Assembly: GCA_035695825.1 (NCBI GenBank)
Contig: DASRRH010000010.1
Location: forward strand, 3,806 to 67,805
Reading direction: 5' to 3'
From: Planctomycetota bacterium
Lineage (GTDB): Bacteria > Planctomycetota > UBA1135 > JAKEFM01
Length of the DNA: 64,000 nucleotides
The notes beneath the pieces are model-generated. The model was not told the DNA's origin, did no database searches, and was given only the letters and a program-made list of their open reading frames with translations. The first letter of the stretch is position 1, and every line of letters begins with the position of its first letter. Positions 45,435 through 55,928 of this stretch are shown piece after piece. Position numbers and translations under genes: made by a program.

Positions 45435-46903
45435 TCCGCGACCCAGTAGTTCGCCGCCTCCTTCGTGATCGTGACGTCGTGGGGGTGGCTCTCGCGGACC
45501 GCGGCCGGCGTCACGCGGAGGAACCGCGCCTTCTCCTGGAGCTCCTCGATCGTGCGGGCGCCCACGTAGCCCATCCCCGCGCAGACCCCGCCGACGAGCT
45601 GGTGGAGAAACGAGGAGAGCGGGCCCTTGTAGGGGACCATTCCCTCGATCCCCTCGGGGACGAGCTTCGAGGACTCCCGGACGCCCCCTTGTCCGTAGCG
45701 CTCCTTCCCTCCCTCGACCATCGCCCCGAGCGAGCCCATCCCGCGCACGGCCTTGAAGGCGCGCCCGCGGTGGAGGAACTGCTCGCCGGGGCTCTCGTCG
45801 ACCCCGGCGAGGAGCGAGCCGATCATCACGCAGGAGGCGCCGGCGGCGAGCGCCTTCACGACGTCCCCCGAGAGCCGGATGCCCCCGTCGGCGATCACGG
45901 GAACGCCGGAGGGCCCGGCCTCCCGCGCGCAGGCGAAGATCGCGGAGAGCTGCGGGACCCCGACCCCCGCGACGACGCGGGTCGTGCAGATCGAGCCGGG
46001 GCCGATCCCGACCTTGACGCCGTCCGCGCCCGCCTCGACGAGCTCGCGGGTGGCCTCGGGCGTCGCGACGTTTCCGGCGACGACGTCGACGTCGTGGGCC
46101 TTCTTGATCCGCCGGACGGCCTGGATCACTCCCTCGGAGTGGCCGTGGGCGGTGTCGACGACGAGGACGTCGACCCCCGCTCGGATCAACCCCTCGACGC
46201 GCTCCTCGTCGGCGACGCCGACGGCCGCCCCGACCCGCAGGCGCCCCCGGGCGTCGACGGCCGCGCGGGGGAAGCGCTCGAGCCGGTCCAGGTCGCGGAT
46301 CGTGATCAGCCCGCGCACCCGCCGCTCGCGGTCGACGAGGATCAGCTTCTCGACCTTGCTCCGCCGGAGGCACTCGCGCGCCTGCTCGAGGGTCGTCTCG
46401 GGGGGGGCCGTGACGAGGTTCTCCTTCGTCATGACCTCCCGGACGGGAATCTCCGGGCCGCCGTGGAAGCGGAGATCGCGCTTGGTCAGGATCCCGCAGA
46501 GCCTCCCCTCGCGGACGACCGGCAGGCCGGAGATGTTGTTCTCCCGCATGATCTCCAAGGCCTCGCCGACCTTCGCGTCGTCGCGCAGCGTGATCGGGTC
46601 CTGGATCACGCCGTTCGCCGACCGCTTGACGAGGTCGACCTGCCGGACCTGGGCGGCGGGAGGGAGGTTCCTGTGGACGACCCCGATCCCCCCCTCGAGC
46701 GCGAGGGCGATCGCCAGCCGCGCCTCCGTCACCGTGTCCATCGCGGCGGAGGAGATCGGAATCCGGAGCCCGACGCGGCGCGAGAAGCGGCCCGAAGGGT
46801 CGGCGTCCTTCGGCAGGACCGCGGAGCGGGCCGGAACGAGGAGGACGTCGTCGAAGGTGATCGCCTCGCCGACGACCCTTTCCGAGACGAAGTTCCCTGA
46901 CAT
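45431..46903 (-). CDS. guaB: IMP dehydrogenase
   Basis: 490 aa: [13 protein letters not shown] pair, [24 protein letters not shown]. Confidence 0.95.
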   Translation of the reverse strand: MSGNFVSERVVGEAITFDDVLLVPARSAVLPKDADPSGRFSRRVGLRIPISSAAMDTVTEARLAIALALEGGIGVVHRNLPPAAQVRQVDLVKRSANGVIQDPITLRDDAKVGEALEIMRENNISGLPVVREGRLCGILTKRDLRFHGGPEIPVREVMTKENLVTAPPETTLEQARECLRRSKVEKLILVDRERRVRGLITIRDLDRLERFPRAAVDARGRLRVGAAVGVADEERVEGLIRAGVDVLVVDTAHGHSEGVIQAVRRIKKAHDVDVVAGNVATPEATRELVEAGADGVKVGIGPGSICTTRVVAGVGVPQLSAIFACAREAGPSGVPVIADGGIRLSGDVVKALAAGASCVMIGSLLAGVDESPGEQFLHRGRAFKAVRGMGSLGAMVEGGKERYGQGGVRESSKLVPEGIEGMVPYKGPLSSFLHQLVGGVCAGMGYVGARTIEELQEKARFLRVTPAAVRESHPHDVTITKEAANYWVAE

Positions 46904-46927
46904 GGAGCGATTGTAGGGAAGTCCCTT

Positions 46928-48679
46928 CTAGGGCGGAAGCGCCTCGAGCGCCCGGGCCCCCGCCGCCGCCAGGAGGCGCAGCGCGAGGCCGCCGAGGGCG
47001 ATCCCGAGGAGCGCGCCCGTCGGGTCGACCCGGCGGCCGGGGCCTTCGGGGACCGTCCCGCTCCAGCCGCTCGGGAGGTGGATCGAGAGATCGGACTCGT
47101 CGGGGTCGAGGAAGTTCGCGAACCCCGCCTCTCCCGGGAGGGGCCCCGACCTACGGCGGAGCTCCTCCCCTCCCCAGGCCGCGAGGGGGATCCCCGGAGG
47201 CGGGGCGCCGGTCCTCCGGAGCGGGCGCCGGGGCGAGGCGGCGAGGGAGGCGAACGCGCGCCGCGCGAAGACGGGGAACGCCGGGAGGAGGGGGAGGTTC
47301 GAGTCCTCGAGGGGAAACGTCGAGCCGATGACCCGGGCGCTTCCGAGGGTCGCTTCGTAGAGGAGCGCGACCCCTCCGGCGCCGGCGAGCGACCGCGCGC
47401 CGGGCGGTGCGGCGCCCTCCCTCGCGACCGCGAGGGAATCGAGCGGGAGCCCCGCGAGGAGCGGCGAGGAGGGGTCGACCCGGTCGAGGGAGCGGCGGTC
47501 TACGGTCTCTCCCCTCGCGACGCCAGGAAGGCGCGTCCCGAAGAGGAGCCACGCCCCCGCCGCGAGCGGGACGTCGATCGCCTCGTCCCCCGCGATCGCC
47601 AGGCTCGGAGACCCGCTCGCGCGCGCGGCTCCCTCGAGCGCGACGAGCGCCACTCCGGCCTCCTCGGCGAGGAGGCCGCCGATGGCGGAGAGCACGGGGT
47701 CTCCCGAGGCCCCCCGCGAGAGGGCGACGGGGCCGCCCGGCCCCTTCCCGACGAAGGCGCCCACCTCGTCGTCGGGGGAGAATCCGTCCCCGGGCTCGAG
47801 CCGAAGGCGCAGGAGCCCTCCCCCTCGGCGTGGGACGCGGAGCTCCCCCTCGCCTTCCGCCCCGGGACCGACGGCGAGATCGATCGACGCGACGCGATCC
47901 TCCCCGAGACGGGCTTCAATCCGGAGGGGGGGGGGGCGCCCTCCGAAGTTGCGCACCGCGAAGCGCGCGAGGACCCACGGGCGCAGGCCGTCGTCCTCGA
48001 TCTCGAATCCGACAAAGCCCGCGTTCGAGCAGGGATCCGCGTGGACGAACCTCGCGGCCCACCCCTCCGCTGCGCGCGCCTCGGTCCCTCCGTCCGTGAA
48101 GAACAGGGGAACCCGTCCCGCCCGGACCGCCTCCGCGAGGGCGAGCGCGGGCCTCCCGGGGGCGTCCTCCGACGCGACTTGGGCGAGGGCGTCGAGGAGG
48201 GCGCCCCGGTCCGGATCCTCGCCGGCGATCCAGGTCGGCTCGACCCCCGCCGCCAGGACCGCGACGCGGTCGTCCGAGTGGCGCTCCGCGATCCACTCCG
48301 CCGCCTCCTCTCGAAGGCGTTCGAGACGCGGGGCACCGCCCGCCCCTCTCGCCTGCGTCGAGGCCGAGACGTCCAGGACGAGGGCGTAGCGCCCCCCGCC
48401 CGGGAGGACGAGACGCGCTCCCGCAGCCGCGAGGACCGCCGCGAGGAAGGAGACCCCGGCCGCCGCAGTCCCGATCCTCCGCAGAATGAGGGCGACCCTC
48501 TCCCTCCGGCTCGCCTCGTCCCGCGCTCGTCTCCAGAGGTCGAAATGACGGACGGAGTGGCGGCTCTCGCGGGCGAAGAGGGGTCGGAGTAGGAGGAAGA
48601 TGGGGAGGGCCGCGAGGAGAAGGAGGGCGCCGGGCTCCTCGAACGCCGTACGCGCGCCGGGAATCTCGAACCCGGTCAT
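46928..48679 (-). CDS. BatA-like membrane protein with a VWA domain
   Basis: The ATG at 48679 overlaps the upstream stop. N-terminal TM LLLLAALPIFLLL, MIDAS-like LVLDVSAST, C-terminal TM ALLGIALGGLALRLL. Confidence 0.75.
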   Translation of the reverse strand: MTGFEIPGARTAFEEPGALLLLAALPIFLLLRPLFARESRHSVRHFDLWRRARDEASRRERVALILRRIGTAAAGVSFLAAVLAAAGARLVLPGGGRYALVLDVSASTQARGAGGAPRLERLREEAAEWIAERHSDDRVAVLAAGVEPTWIAGEDPDRGALLDALAQVASEDAPGRPALALAEAVRAGRVPLFFTDGGTEARAAEGWAARFVHADPCSNAGFVGFEIEDDGLRPWVLARFAVRNFGGRPPPLRIEARLGEDRVASIDLAVGPGAEGEGELRVPRRGGGLLRLRLEPGDGFSPDDEVGAFVGKGPGGPVALSRGASGDPVLSAIGGLLAEEAGVALVALEGAARASGSPSLAIAGDEAIDVPLAAGAWLLFGTRLPGVARGETVDRRSLDRVDPSSPLLAGLPLDSLAVAREGAAPPGARSLAGAGGVALLYEATLGSARVIGSTFPLEDSNLPLLPAFPVFARRAFASLAASPRRPLRRTGAPPPGIPLAAWGGEELRRRSGPLPGEAGFANFLDPDESDLSIHLPSGWSGTVPEGPGRRVDPTGALLGIALGGLALRLLAAAGARALEALPP

Positions 48680-49542
48680 CGACCCCCTCTCCGCCCCGCA
48701 CGCTCGATCAGGGCGAGGACGGCGGCTTCGAATGGCTCCTCCGCGAACGCACGGGCGAACGACGCTCCGCGGCGGCGCGCGACGGCCTCGACCTCTTCGA
48801 CCCGGACGCGGGCGAGCCGGCGATACCGGGCGAGGAGCGCCCCCGTCGGCCGGATCGCCAGACGCCGGCCCCGCTCCGGGTCGACGAGGGAGAGTTCCCC
48901 TTCGAGCGCGGGATGGAGATCGCCTCGGGAGAGAACCTGGACGCAGAGCGTCTTCCCCCTCGGGAGGAAGGCGAGCGCGCGATCGACCTCCTCCGGCGGC
49001 TCCCCGTCCGTCACGAGGAGTCCGTGGCCCGGCGCGAACCCCTCGAGCCTTCGCGCCGCTCCCGGCAGGCTCTCCCCGCGGCTCGGGAGGACCGCAGAAA
49101 GGCGGGCGAGCATCCCTTCGACGCCGGGGGGCCCGCGGTAAACGTCGAGGCGGCCGTCCGTCGCCGCGAGAGCGACCGCGCCGCCTCGCCGCTCGAGCAC
49201 GATGTAGCCGAGGGCGGCGGCGATCCGGACCGCCGACTCGAGGGCCTCCCCCACCTCCATCGACGGCGTGACGTCGAGGACGACCCCGAGAGAGCCCCCT
49301 CCCTCGGGTTCGAAGACCTTGACGAAGGGCTCCCCCAGCCGCGCGAAGACGTTCCAGTCGATCGTGCGCGGCTCGTCTCCCGGCACGTAGCGGCGGTGCT
49401 CTCGAAACGAGGAGCCTCCGCCGGGAAGCCTCCCCCTCCCCCCGGCGCGACCGCCCCGCGCGAAGTCCCCCTTCGCGCGACGCGCGATCCGAGCGAGGAG
49501 CGCGAGGAAGGCCGGGTCGCGGAGGTTGCGCACGGCGCTCAA
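48676..49542 (-). CDS. DUF58-family protein
   Basis: FREHRRYVPGDEPRTIDWNVFARLGEPFVKVFEPE. A TTG at 49542 overlaps the upstream stop (TTGA); a GTG at 49533 is the alternative start. Confidence 0.8.
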   Translation of the reverse strand: MSAVRNLRDPAFLALLARIARRAKGDFARGGRAGGRGRLPGGGSSFREHRRYVPGDEPRTIDWNVFARLGEPFVKVFEPEGGGSLGVVLDVTPSMEVGEALESAVRIAAALGYIVLERRGGAVALAATDGRLDVYRGPPGVEGMLARLSAVLPSRGESLPGAARRLEGFAPGHGLLVTDGEPPEEVDRALAFLPRGKTLCVQVLSRGDLHPALEGELSLVDPERGRRLAIRPTGALLARYRRLARVRVEEVEAVARRRGASFARAFAEEPFEAAVLALIERAGRRGGR

Positions 49543-50477
49543 GGAGGAAGTCTCTCGAAGTAGCGGCCGGCGAACGCGGTCTCTTCGGAGGAACCGAGCG
49601 ACCGGCGGAAAGCCGCCCACGCCCGTTCCCTCGCTCGAGGGACAGCCTCCCGGAGCGGAATGCGCCGCGCTCCTGCGGCCTCGTCGTAGAACTCGAGGAC
49701 GAAGGCCTCCCGGGCTCTCCTCGGCCCCTCCGGCGGCTCGATCGCCACGGGCTTCGGGACTCGCTCCCCCGGACCAGGCTTCTCCTCGGCACGCGAGCCC
49801 GCGCTCCCTGGGCCGGCCCCCGATGGGAGCGGACCGGACCCGCCGGCGGCCCTCGCCCCGTCGACTCCCGCGTTCCCCGCGGGAAGGGCGCTCTCCGCGG
49901 TCTCTCGACCCGGGGCGGCCTGATCGGAGAGGGTGCCGGGCCCGTCCGAGGAAACGCGCTCGGGGGGATCGTGGACCGGGGCTCGAGGCTCGGCGATCGC
50001 GGGCCCCTTCGCGCCGTCCATGGAAGGGAAGAAGCCTGCCGGGCCGGGAACCGTCGCTGTCGAAGAGGCGAGCAGGGAGGCCGCGGCGATCGCGAGAACG
50101 CGGAGCCACCCCCCCGGCCTCCGCGGACGGAGCCGGGGGAACTCGAGGAGCGACCCCGTCGCATCGCGGAGGAGGAGGCGCTCGACACCGCTCCGAGGGC
50201 CGCGTCGCGCGACGCTCTCGGCGCTCGGGAGTCGATCGGCGAGAGCGAGGGTGCCGTCGAGCGCGCGGGCACCGACGGGCGCCAGGGCGAACGCGACGAG
50301 CGGAGTCGCGAGCGCGAGGGCCGACGCGAGGGAAACCGGGAGCCCGAGGAAGAGCGCGGTCGCGGCGGCGGCGGCGGCCGCCGAGGCCCCGAGCGGGAGC
50401 GACTCGACGGCGGCGAGGAGACGCGCGCGCCGGCGCGCGACCGCGAGGGCGCAGAGGAACGACTGCGCCGGATCCAC
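49539..50477 (-). CDS. hypothetical membrane protein, first gene of the Bat-like cluster
   Basis: GTG at 50477. Two hydrophobic segments, a P/G/A-rich linker and a conserved-looking tail FVLEFYDEAAG...AFAGRYFERL. Confidence 0.5.
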   Translation of the reverse strand: MDPAQSFLCALAVARRRARLLAAVESLPLGASAAAAAAATALFLGLPVSLASALALATPLVAFALAPVGARALDGTLALADRLPSAESVARRGPRSGVERLLLRDATGSLLEFPRLRPRRPGGWLRVLAIAAASLLASSTATVPGPAGFFPSMDGAKGPAIAEPRAPVHDPPERVSSDGPGTLSDQAAPGRETAESALPAGNAGVDGARAAGGSGPLPSGAGPGSAGSRAEEKPGPGERVPKPVAIEPPEGPRRAREAFVLEFYDEAAGARRIPLREAVPRARERAWAAFRRSLGSSEETAFAGRYFERLPP

Positions 50478-50666
50478 GCGCCGCAACCTAGCGGCGGGGC
50501 GAGCCCGGGTCGACGCCCCCCGCCGCGCATCGCCATGGAGGACGAAAAGGGCCGGAGGCTCACGGACACCCGCAAGACCCCCGGCCCCAAGAAGGAGGAG
50601 ATGGCCCCCTTTTCGGCCGGGAGCGCCCGGCGCTTGAGGGGGGGGGTCCCTAGAATCCCGGCCTCC

Positions 50667-51338
50667 ATGCCGGGCCCCTACCGCACCCTCCGGGTCGAGC
50701 GCCTCTACGCGAGCGAGCACTGCGTTCTCCGCCGCGACCGCGTCGCCTTCCCGGGGGGGGGGCGGGGCGTCCACCACGTGATCGAGATCCCCGACGCGGC
50801 CGTGGTCGTGCCGGTCCTCGACGACGGCAGGGTCGTCCTCCTCCGCCAGTACCGGTACGCCCCGGCCCGCTACCTCTGGGAGGTTCCCGCGGGACGGATC
50901 GGGCCCGGCGAGACGGCCCGGGAGGCGGCGCGGCGCGAGTGCGAGGAGGAGGCGGGGTGGAGGCCGCGGAGGCTCGAGGGGGGGGATCTCTACTACCCCC
51001 TCGCCGGGATCTCGTCCCACCGCGCCTTCACCTTCGTCGGCCGCCGTCTCGTCCGCGGCCGCACGGACCACGAGCGGACGGAGGCGATCGAGGTCCACGC
51101 CTTCGCGCCGCGGGTGGTCCGCCGGATGATCCGGATCGGGGAGATCCGGGAGGGCTTCTCGATCGCCGCCCTTGCCCGATTCTTCCTCGGCGAGGGGACG
51201 GGGCCTCCTACCTCGGCCGCGTCGCGGGGGGCTCGGAGGGTGCCGAAGCCGGGGCGGAGGCGGGCTGCGAGGCGGGGGGCTCGCGGAAGTCGTCGAGCTT
51301 CTTCAGGAGGTTCTTCTCGACCGTCCAGTCGTCCATGA
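50667..51338 (+). CDS. NUDIX hydrolase (ADP-ribose pyrophosphatase-like)
   Basis: ATG at 50667. Nudix box GRIGPGETAREAARRECEEEAG. The last ~45 codons are R/G/S-rich and antisense to the convergent gene, so they are probably not functional sequence. Confidence 0.85.
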   Translation: MPGPYRTLRVERLYASEHCVLRRDRVAFPGGGRGVHHVIEIPDAAVVVPVLDDGRVVLLRQYRYAPARYLWEVPAGRIGPGETAREAARRECEEEAGWRPRRLEGGDLYYPLAGISSHRAFTFVGRRLVRGRTDHERTEAIEVHAFAPRVVRRMIRIGEIREGFSIAALARFFLGEGTGPPTSAASRGARRVPKPGRRRAARRGARGSRRASSGGSSRPSSRP

Positions 51339-52263
51339 CGAAGACCCAGGGGTCCCCCTCCCCCTTCGACCCGTAGTAGGTCTTTCCGTCCGGGCCCTTC
51401 GCGAAGCGCGCCGAGTGCTCCTTCCCGTCCGAGGTCTTCGCCCGGACGACCAGGAGGGGCTTGTCGAGGTTGAACTTCGAGGGGTCATCCCCCTTCCCCG
51501 CGACGTCCCGGAAGACCGAGTACGCGATCGCCGCGATCCACGCGTCCACGGCCTCCTTCTTCGCCGGCCCCCCCTCCGGCCCGGCGATCGTCCACGCGTC
51601 CCCCTGCTTCACGACGTGGACCCTCGGTCCGACGAGGTCCGCGTCCCCCTCGATCGTGAACTCCGTCGTGGCCGTCGGCTCGAAGCGGACGAACGAGGTG
51701 TCGATCCAGTCCGTGGGCTTCATCCCCATCGGCAGGAACTGACCGACGAGGTAGACCTCCGAGGAGTCGCTGCGCCGGACGAAGGTCGCGAGGTTGAATT
51801 TCGTCTCGAAGTCGGGGTCGCTCGTGTTGATGTCGAAGCGGCCCTGCACGAACTCGGCGAGCGCCTCCCCCTTCTCGTCGGACACGCGCACGAGGGTCCC
51901 CTGCTCCCCCACGCTGAACCTGTCGCGGTTCTCGGGGCGATCCGAGACCGGCTCGCGGACCTTCAGTCGGAGGATCCGCTCGAAGAATCCGGGGACCGAG
52001 TCCTCCCCCTGCATCTTCGCGCGGTAGCCGAGGGCGGCGGGGACGACCCAGGTCCCGTCGGGGGCGCGCTCGACGACGACCCCCTTCTCCCTCGAGCGAA
52101 TCTCGAGCTTGGCCGCCCTCGCCCCGTCGAACCCGGGAAAGAGGGGACGCTCCCGCTCCCTCGCCCTCTCGTAGGGGTTCCCCGCGAAGGGCTTCTCGAC
52201 GACGAGGACGACGCCGGTGAGGGCGACGAAGATCGCCAGCAGAACGGAGTTGAGCCGGTTCAC
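51208..52263 (-). CDS. DUF4340-like protein, accessory to the GldG-type ABC system
   Basis: A GTG at 52263 overlaps the gldG-like stop. N-terminal TM LNSVLLAIFVALTGVVLVV, then a beta-rich body and a P/A/S tail. Confidence 0.7.
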   Translation of the reverse strand: MNRLNSVLLAIFVALTGVVLVVEKPFAGNPYERARERERPLFPGFDGARAAKLEIRSREKGVVVERAPDGTWVVPAALGYRAKMQGEDSVPGFFERILRLKVREPVSDRPENRDRFSVGEQGTLVRVSDEKGEALAEFVQGRFDINTSDPDFETKFNLATFVRRSDSSEVYLVGQFLPMGMKPTDWIDTSFVRFEPTATTEFTIEGDADLVGPRVHVVKQGDAWTIAGPEGGPAKKEAVDAWIAAIAYSVFRDVAGKGDDPSKFNLDKPLLVVRAKTSDGKEHSARFAKGPDGKTYYGSKGEGDPWVFVMDDWTVEKNLLKKLDDFREPPASQPASAPASAPSEPPATRPR

Positions 52264-54152
52264 GCCGTCCTCCCCGCAGCGGGCTGGGCCGCGGGCGCCG
52301 TCCCCTTCGCCGGGGCGGCCGCGTAGCGTTGCAGGTAGGCCCGCTTCTCGCGCGCCTGGAGGAACGTCCGGGCCACGCCGAAGAGGACGACGAGGAGGGG
52401 GAGACCGACCAGGTGAGCGTACTTGATCCGATCCTTGAACCGCTGGAGCTCCTCCTCGACCTTCTCCTGCTTCCCCTGCAGCTCCTCCCGGGTGATCGCG
52501 GCCCCGGGCCGCACGCCGAGCTCCTCGAAGGTGCGCTCGCGGCGCTCCCGCAGTCCCGCGAGCCCGCGGTCGCGCGCCCCGCGCGAGCGGATCGCGATCA
52601 GGTCGGGGTCGAGGGCGAGCCAGTCGATCAGGTTCGCGAGGAAGAGGAAGTTCTTGCTCTGGCCCGGCTGGCGCCCGAGCGCGTAGTCCGCGGCGAAGTC
52701 GGCGTCCCCGACGACGACGACGCGCGTCTCCGGGCTCTTGGTCAAGACGTCCGGGGCCGGACGGCTCTCCGGGTCCTTGTCGGTCGGGCGCTCCTTCTCG
52801 GGCGCGGGGGCCTCCTTCCCCTCGAAGAAGGACGAGAAGGATCCCGAGATGGAGAGAGCGATCGTCGTCCGCGACGGCTCCTGCTTCACGAGCTCGAGCT
52901 CGAGGGACCCGAGGGTGCGCTCGTCGGGGAGGGTCTGGTCGACCTTCTCCGTCCGCCAGGAGCGGGGCGAGGATCGGACGAGCCACTCCGAGGTCAGGCC
53001 CGACGCGGCGAGCCGGTCCGGGATCGCCTCGACGGGGGAGGCCCAGAGGAAGACCGCCTCGCTCAGGCGGGCCGTCGCCGGGTTCTCCTTCGAGAAGCCT
53101 TCCCACTGGTCGGAGGCGACCGCCCAGAAGGGATAGGGGATCGCCTGGGTGACGGGGAGTTGGCCCGCCCCGATCTTGATCACGCTGCGGCGCGGCATCG
53201 CCGCGCAGGCCTGCGCGTTCTCGAAGACGAGCGCGTTCGGCGCGCGGATCCCCCAGTGCTCGAGGAGATCGTCGAGGCCGGTCTGGATCTCCTTGCGGCG
53301 GAAGTTCTCCGCGCCGGGGTACTCCGCCCGGTCGAGGAGGACGAGGAGGCGCCCCCCGCGCATCAGGTACTGGTCGATCGCGAACCTCTCGTGCGCGCTC
53401 ACCTCCTTCGGCCGCGGGCAGACGAGGACGTCGACGTCCTTCGGGACCAGGTCCTTCTTGAGCTTCACGTCGAGGACCTCGACCCGCTCGGCGAGGGCGT
53501 CGCGGAGGGCCTGGAAGATCCGCTCCGGCGGGGTCGGCAGCTCGAACCCCTTCATCTTCGGGGGCTTCTCGGGCTCCCGGGAAAAGAAGGCGATCCTCGG
53601 GTTCTTCTCGGCCACGAGCGACTTGATCGCCGTCGTGATCTGGTACTCGATCGAGGCGACCTCCCCCGGCCGGATCACGGGGATCGTCCTGTTCCTCTCC
53701 TGGTAGCGCAGAACGAGCCCCATGTAGATCGCCTGCTGGGAGACCTTCTCCCGCTCGAGGGCGGTCACGGGGAAGGCGCGCACCCCCATCCGCTCGGCGT
53801 CCGCACGTGCCTCGGTCTGCTCGGCCGGGTCGATGAACTCGACGAAGAGCCTCCCTCTCGAGTAGGCGCGGTATTCCTCGAGGAGGTCCGCGATCCGCCT
53901 CCAGGCCGGGACGAAGTGGCCCGGGACCTTGTCCCGGGGCGTGAAGTAGGCGGTGACGACGAGGCGGTCCTGGAGGCCCTCGACGAGCCGGCGGCTCGCC
54001 TCCGCGATCGTGTACTCCCGGTCCTCCGTTAGGTCGACCCGCCCGACGAGGAACCGGCGCGCCAGGAGGTTCGCCTCGACAAGGAGGCCGAGGAGAAGGA
54101 GGACCGTGAGAACGGAGTTCCGAGTGAAGAAGGTCTTCGGGGTGGCGCTCAC
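52260..54152 (-). CDS. GldG-family ABC-transporter auxiliary protein
   Basis: A GTG at 54152 overlaps the permease stop. N- and C-terminal TM helices flank a large domain (RVDLTEDREYTIAEASRRLVEGL...VVVGDADFAAD...NLIDWL). Confidence 0.8.
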   Translation of the reverse strand: MSATPKTFFTRNSVLTVLLLLGLLVEANLLARRFLVGRVDLTEDREYTIAEASRRLVEGLQDRLVVTAYFTPRDKVPGHFVPAWRRIADLLEEYRAYSRGRLFVEFIDPAEQTEARADAERMGVRAFPVTALEREKVSQQAIYMGLVLRYQERNRTIPVIRPGEVASIEYQITTAIKSLVAEKNPRIAFFSREPEKPPKMKGFELPTPPERIFQALRDALAERVEVLDVKLKKDLVPKDVDVLVCPRPKEVSAHERFAIDQYLMRGGRLLVLLDRAEYPGAENFRRKEIQTGLDDLLEHWGIRAPNALVFENAQACAAMPRRSVIKIGAGQLPVTQAIPYPFWAVASDQWEGFSKENPATARLSEAVFLWASPVEAIPDRLAASGLTSEWLVRSSPRSWRTEKVDQTLPDERTLGSLELELVKQEPSRTTIALSISGSFSSFFEGKEAPAPEKERPTDKDPESRPAPDVLTKSPETRVVVVGDADFAADYALGRQPGQSKNFLFLANLIDWLALDPDLIAIRSRGARDRGLAGLRERRERTFEELGVRPGAAITREELQGKQEKVEEELQRFKDRIKYAHLVGLPLLVVLFGVARTFLQAREKRAYLQRYAAAPAKGTAPAAQPAAGRTA

Positions 54153-54874
54153 CGCCAGCGCCTCCACGCGAGGGCCGCCGCGTTCAGGTAGAGGAAGAAG
54201 CCGATGAAGGAGAGGTAGAAGAAGAGGTCGCGCAGGTCGGGCACGCCCCGGGCGATCGCCTTGAAGTGGGACTCGAGGTCGACCGCCTCGAGGAACGGGG
54301 CGAGGGCGGAGGGGGCACGCGCGAGGACGAGAGTGCTCCCGACGGTGACGAGGACGAGGAGGCCGACGAGGGTCAGGATGAACGCGACGATCTGGTTGCG
54401 CGTCAGGCTCGAGACGAACATCCCGAAGGCGAGGTAGGAGGCCCCGAGGAGCGCGCCCCCGAGCAGGCCGCCGACGACCGGCCCCCAGTCGAGGGGTCCG
54501 AGCGAGGCGACCGTGAAGGCGAGCGGGAGGGAGAGGAGGAGGGTCAGGGCGACGAGGGCGAAGGCGGCGAGGAACTTCCCCGCGACGACCTCGAGGGGGC
54601 GGAGGGGGAAGGTGAGGAGCAACTCCTCCGTCCCCGCCCGCCGCTCCTCCGCCCACAGGCGCATCGTGAGAGCCGGGACGACGAGGAGGAGGAGGTAGGG
54701 GAGGATCTCGAAGTAGATCCGCATCGTCGCCTGGCCGACGAAGAAGAACCCCTGGATCTGGAAGAAGAAGAAGTAGGAGGAGAGGGCGAGGAAGACGACG
54801 AGGAAGATGTAGGCGATCGGAGAATCGAAGTACGCCCGCAGCTCCCGACGCGCCAGGACGAGGGCCCGCCGCAC
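54149..54874 (-). CDS. ABC-2 type transporter permease (GldF-like)
   Basis: 241 aa with six hydrophobic helices: RELRAYFDSPIAYIFLVVF...EERRAGTEELLLT. Confidence 0.85.
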   Translation of the reverse strand: MRRALVLARRELRAYFDSPIAYIFLVVFLALSSYFFFFQIQGFFFVGQATMRIYFEILPYLLLLVVPALTMRLWAEERRAGTEELLLTFPLRPLEVVAGKFLAAFALVALTLLLSLPLAFTVASLGPLDWGPVVGGLLGGALLGASYLAFGMFVSSLTRNQIVAFILTLVGLLVLVTVGSTLVLARAPSALAPFLEAVDLESHFKAIARGVPDLRDLFFYLSFIGFFLYLNAAALAWRRWR

Positions 54875-54876
54875 TT

Positions 54877-55806
54877 CTACCCCTCCGTCGTCAGCCGCCG
54901 GAAGACGTCCTCGAGCGTCTTCGTCTCGCGACGGAGCTCGAGGAGCTTCCAGCCCCGAGCGACCGTCGCGTCGAAGATCCGCTCCTCGACCGCCTCGCCC
55001 GAGGGCACGAGGACCCGGAACCTCTCGCGCCCGTCCTCCTTTCCGAGGGGATCGACCCCCCGGACGCCCGGGAGGGAGGCGAGGAGCGCCTGCGCTCCGT
55101 TCGCCCCGCGCAGCGTCACGAAGAGGGCGACCTCCCCCGCCTCCCCCGCCGCCAGCGATTCGGGGGAGCCGTCCGCGACGATCCGGCCGCGGTGGAGGAT
55201 CAGGACGCGCCGGCAGGTGTCCCGGACCTCGGGGAGGATGTGGGTCGAGAGGAGGATCGTCTTCTCGCGCCCGAGCCGGGCGATCAGGCCCCGGATCTCG
55301 ACGATCTGGTTCGGGTCGAGCCCCGAGGTCGGCTCGTCGAGGACGAGGATCGGCGGGTCGTGGAGGAGGGCTTGCGCGAGCCCCACGCGCTGGCGGTAGC
55401 CTCGCGACAGCTCCCCGACCGCCTTCTTCAGGACCCCCTCGAGCGCGCAGGTCCCCGCGACCCGCTCGATCGCTCCCCGGCGCTCCCCCCGGGGCATCCC
55501 GCGCACCGCCCCCGCGAAGTCGAGGTAGTGGTCGACCCGCATCTCCGCATAGAGGGGAGTGTTCTCCGGGAGGTAGCCGATCTGGCGCTTGACCGCGAGG
55601 GGCTCGCGGAGCACGGAGTGCCCCGCCACTTCCGCCCCTCCCCGGTCCGGGTAGAGGTAGCCCGTCAGGATCTTCATCGTCGTCGTCTTCCCGGCCCCGT
55701 TGGGCCCGAGGAAGCCGACGACCTCCCCGCGCCCGATCTCGAAGGAGACCTCCTCGAGGGCGACGACGGGTCCGTAGCGCTTCGTGAGGCCTTGGACGCG
55801 GATCAT
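54877..55806 (-). CDS. ABC transporter ATP-binding protein (GldA-like)
   Basis: 309 aa: GPNGAGKTTT, LSRGYRQRVGLA, LVLDEPTSGLD, STHIL. Confidence 0.92.
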   Translation of the reverse strand: MIRVQGLTKRYGPVVALEEVSFEIGRGEVVGFLGPNGAGKTTTMKILTGYLYPDRGGAEVAGHSVLREPLAVKRQIGYLPENTPLYAEMRVDHYLDFAGAVRGMPRGERRGAIERVAGTCALEGVLKKAVGELSRGYRQRVGLAQALLHDPPILVLDEPTSGLDPNQIVEIRGLIARLGREKTILLSTHILPEVRDTCRRVLILHRGRIVADGSPESLAAGEAGEVALFVTLRGANGAQALLASLPGVRGVDPLGKEDGRERFRVLVPSGEAVEERIFDATVARGWKLLELRRETKTLEDVFRRLTTEG

Positions 55807-55880
55807 CGGCGGGGGCTCGACCGCCCGAAGACGGCGGGGAGCGGGGGATTCTCGAAAGATCGCCCCCCCCCGGTCAATGC

Positions 55881-55904
55881 GGCTCCCCTACGGAGAGGGG
55901 AGCC
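55881..55904 (-). terminator. candidate hairpin terminator downstream of rho (no U-tract)
   Basis: A 9-bp perfect stem ggctcccct/aggggagcc with the 6-nt loop acggag, lying 25 nt after the rho stop. Confidence 0.3.
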
Positions 55905-55928
55905 CCCGCGTTGGCCGCCGGGGAGGGC

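Noticed and set aside
50341-50400. gcg/gcc triplet run (gcggcggcggcggcggccgcc) as a microsatellite
   Set aside because: It encodes an in-frame poly-Ala stretch within a hydrophobic segment of the membrane protein. It is short and unremarkable for this composition.
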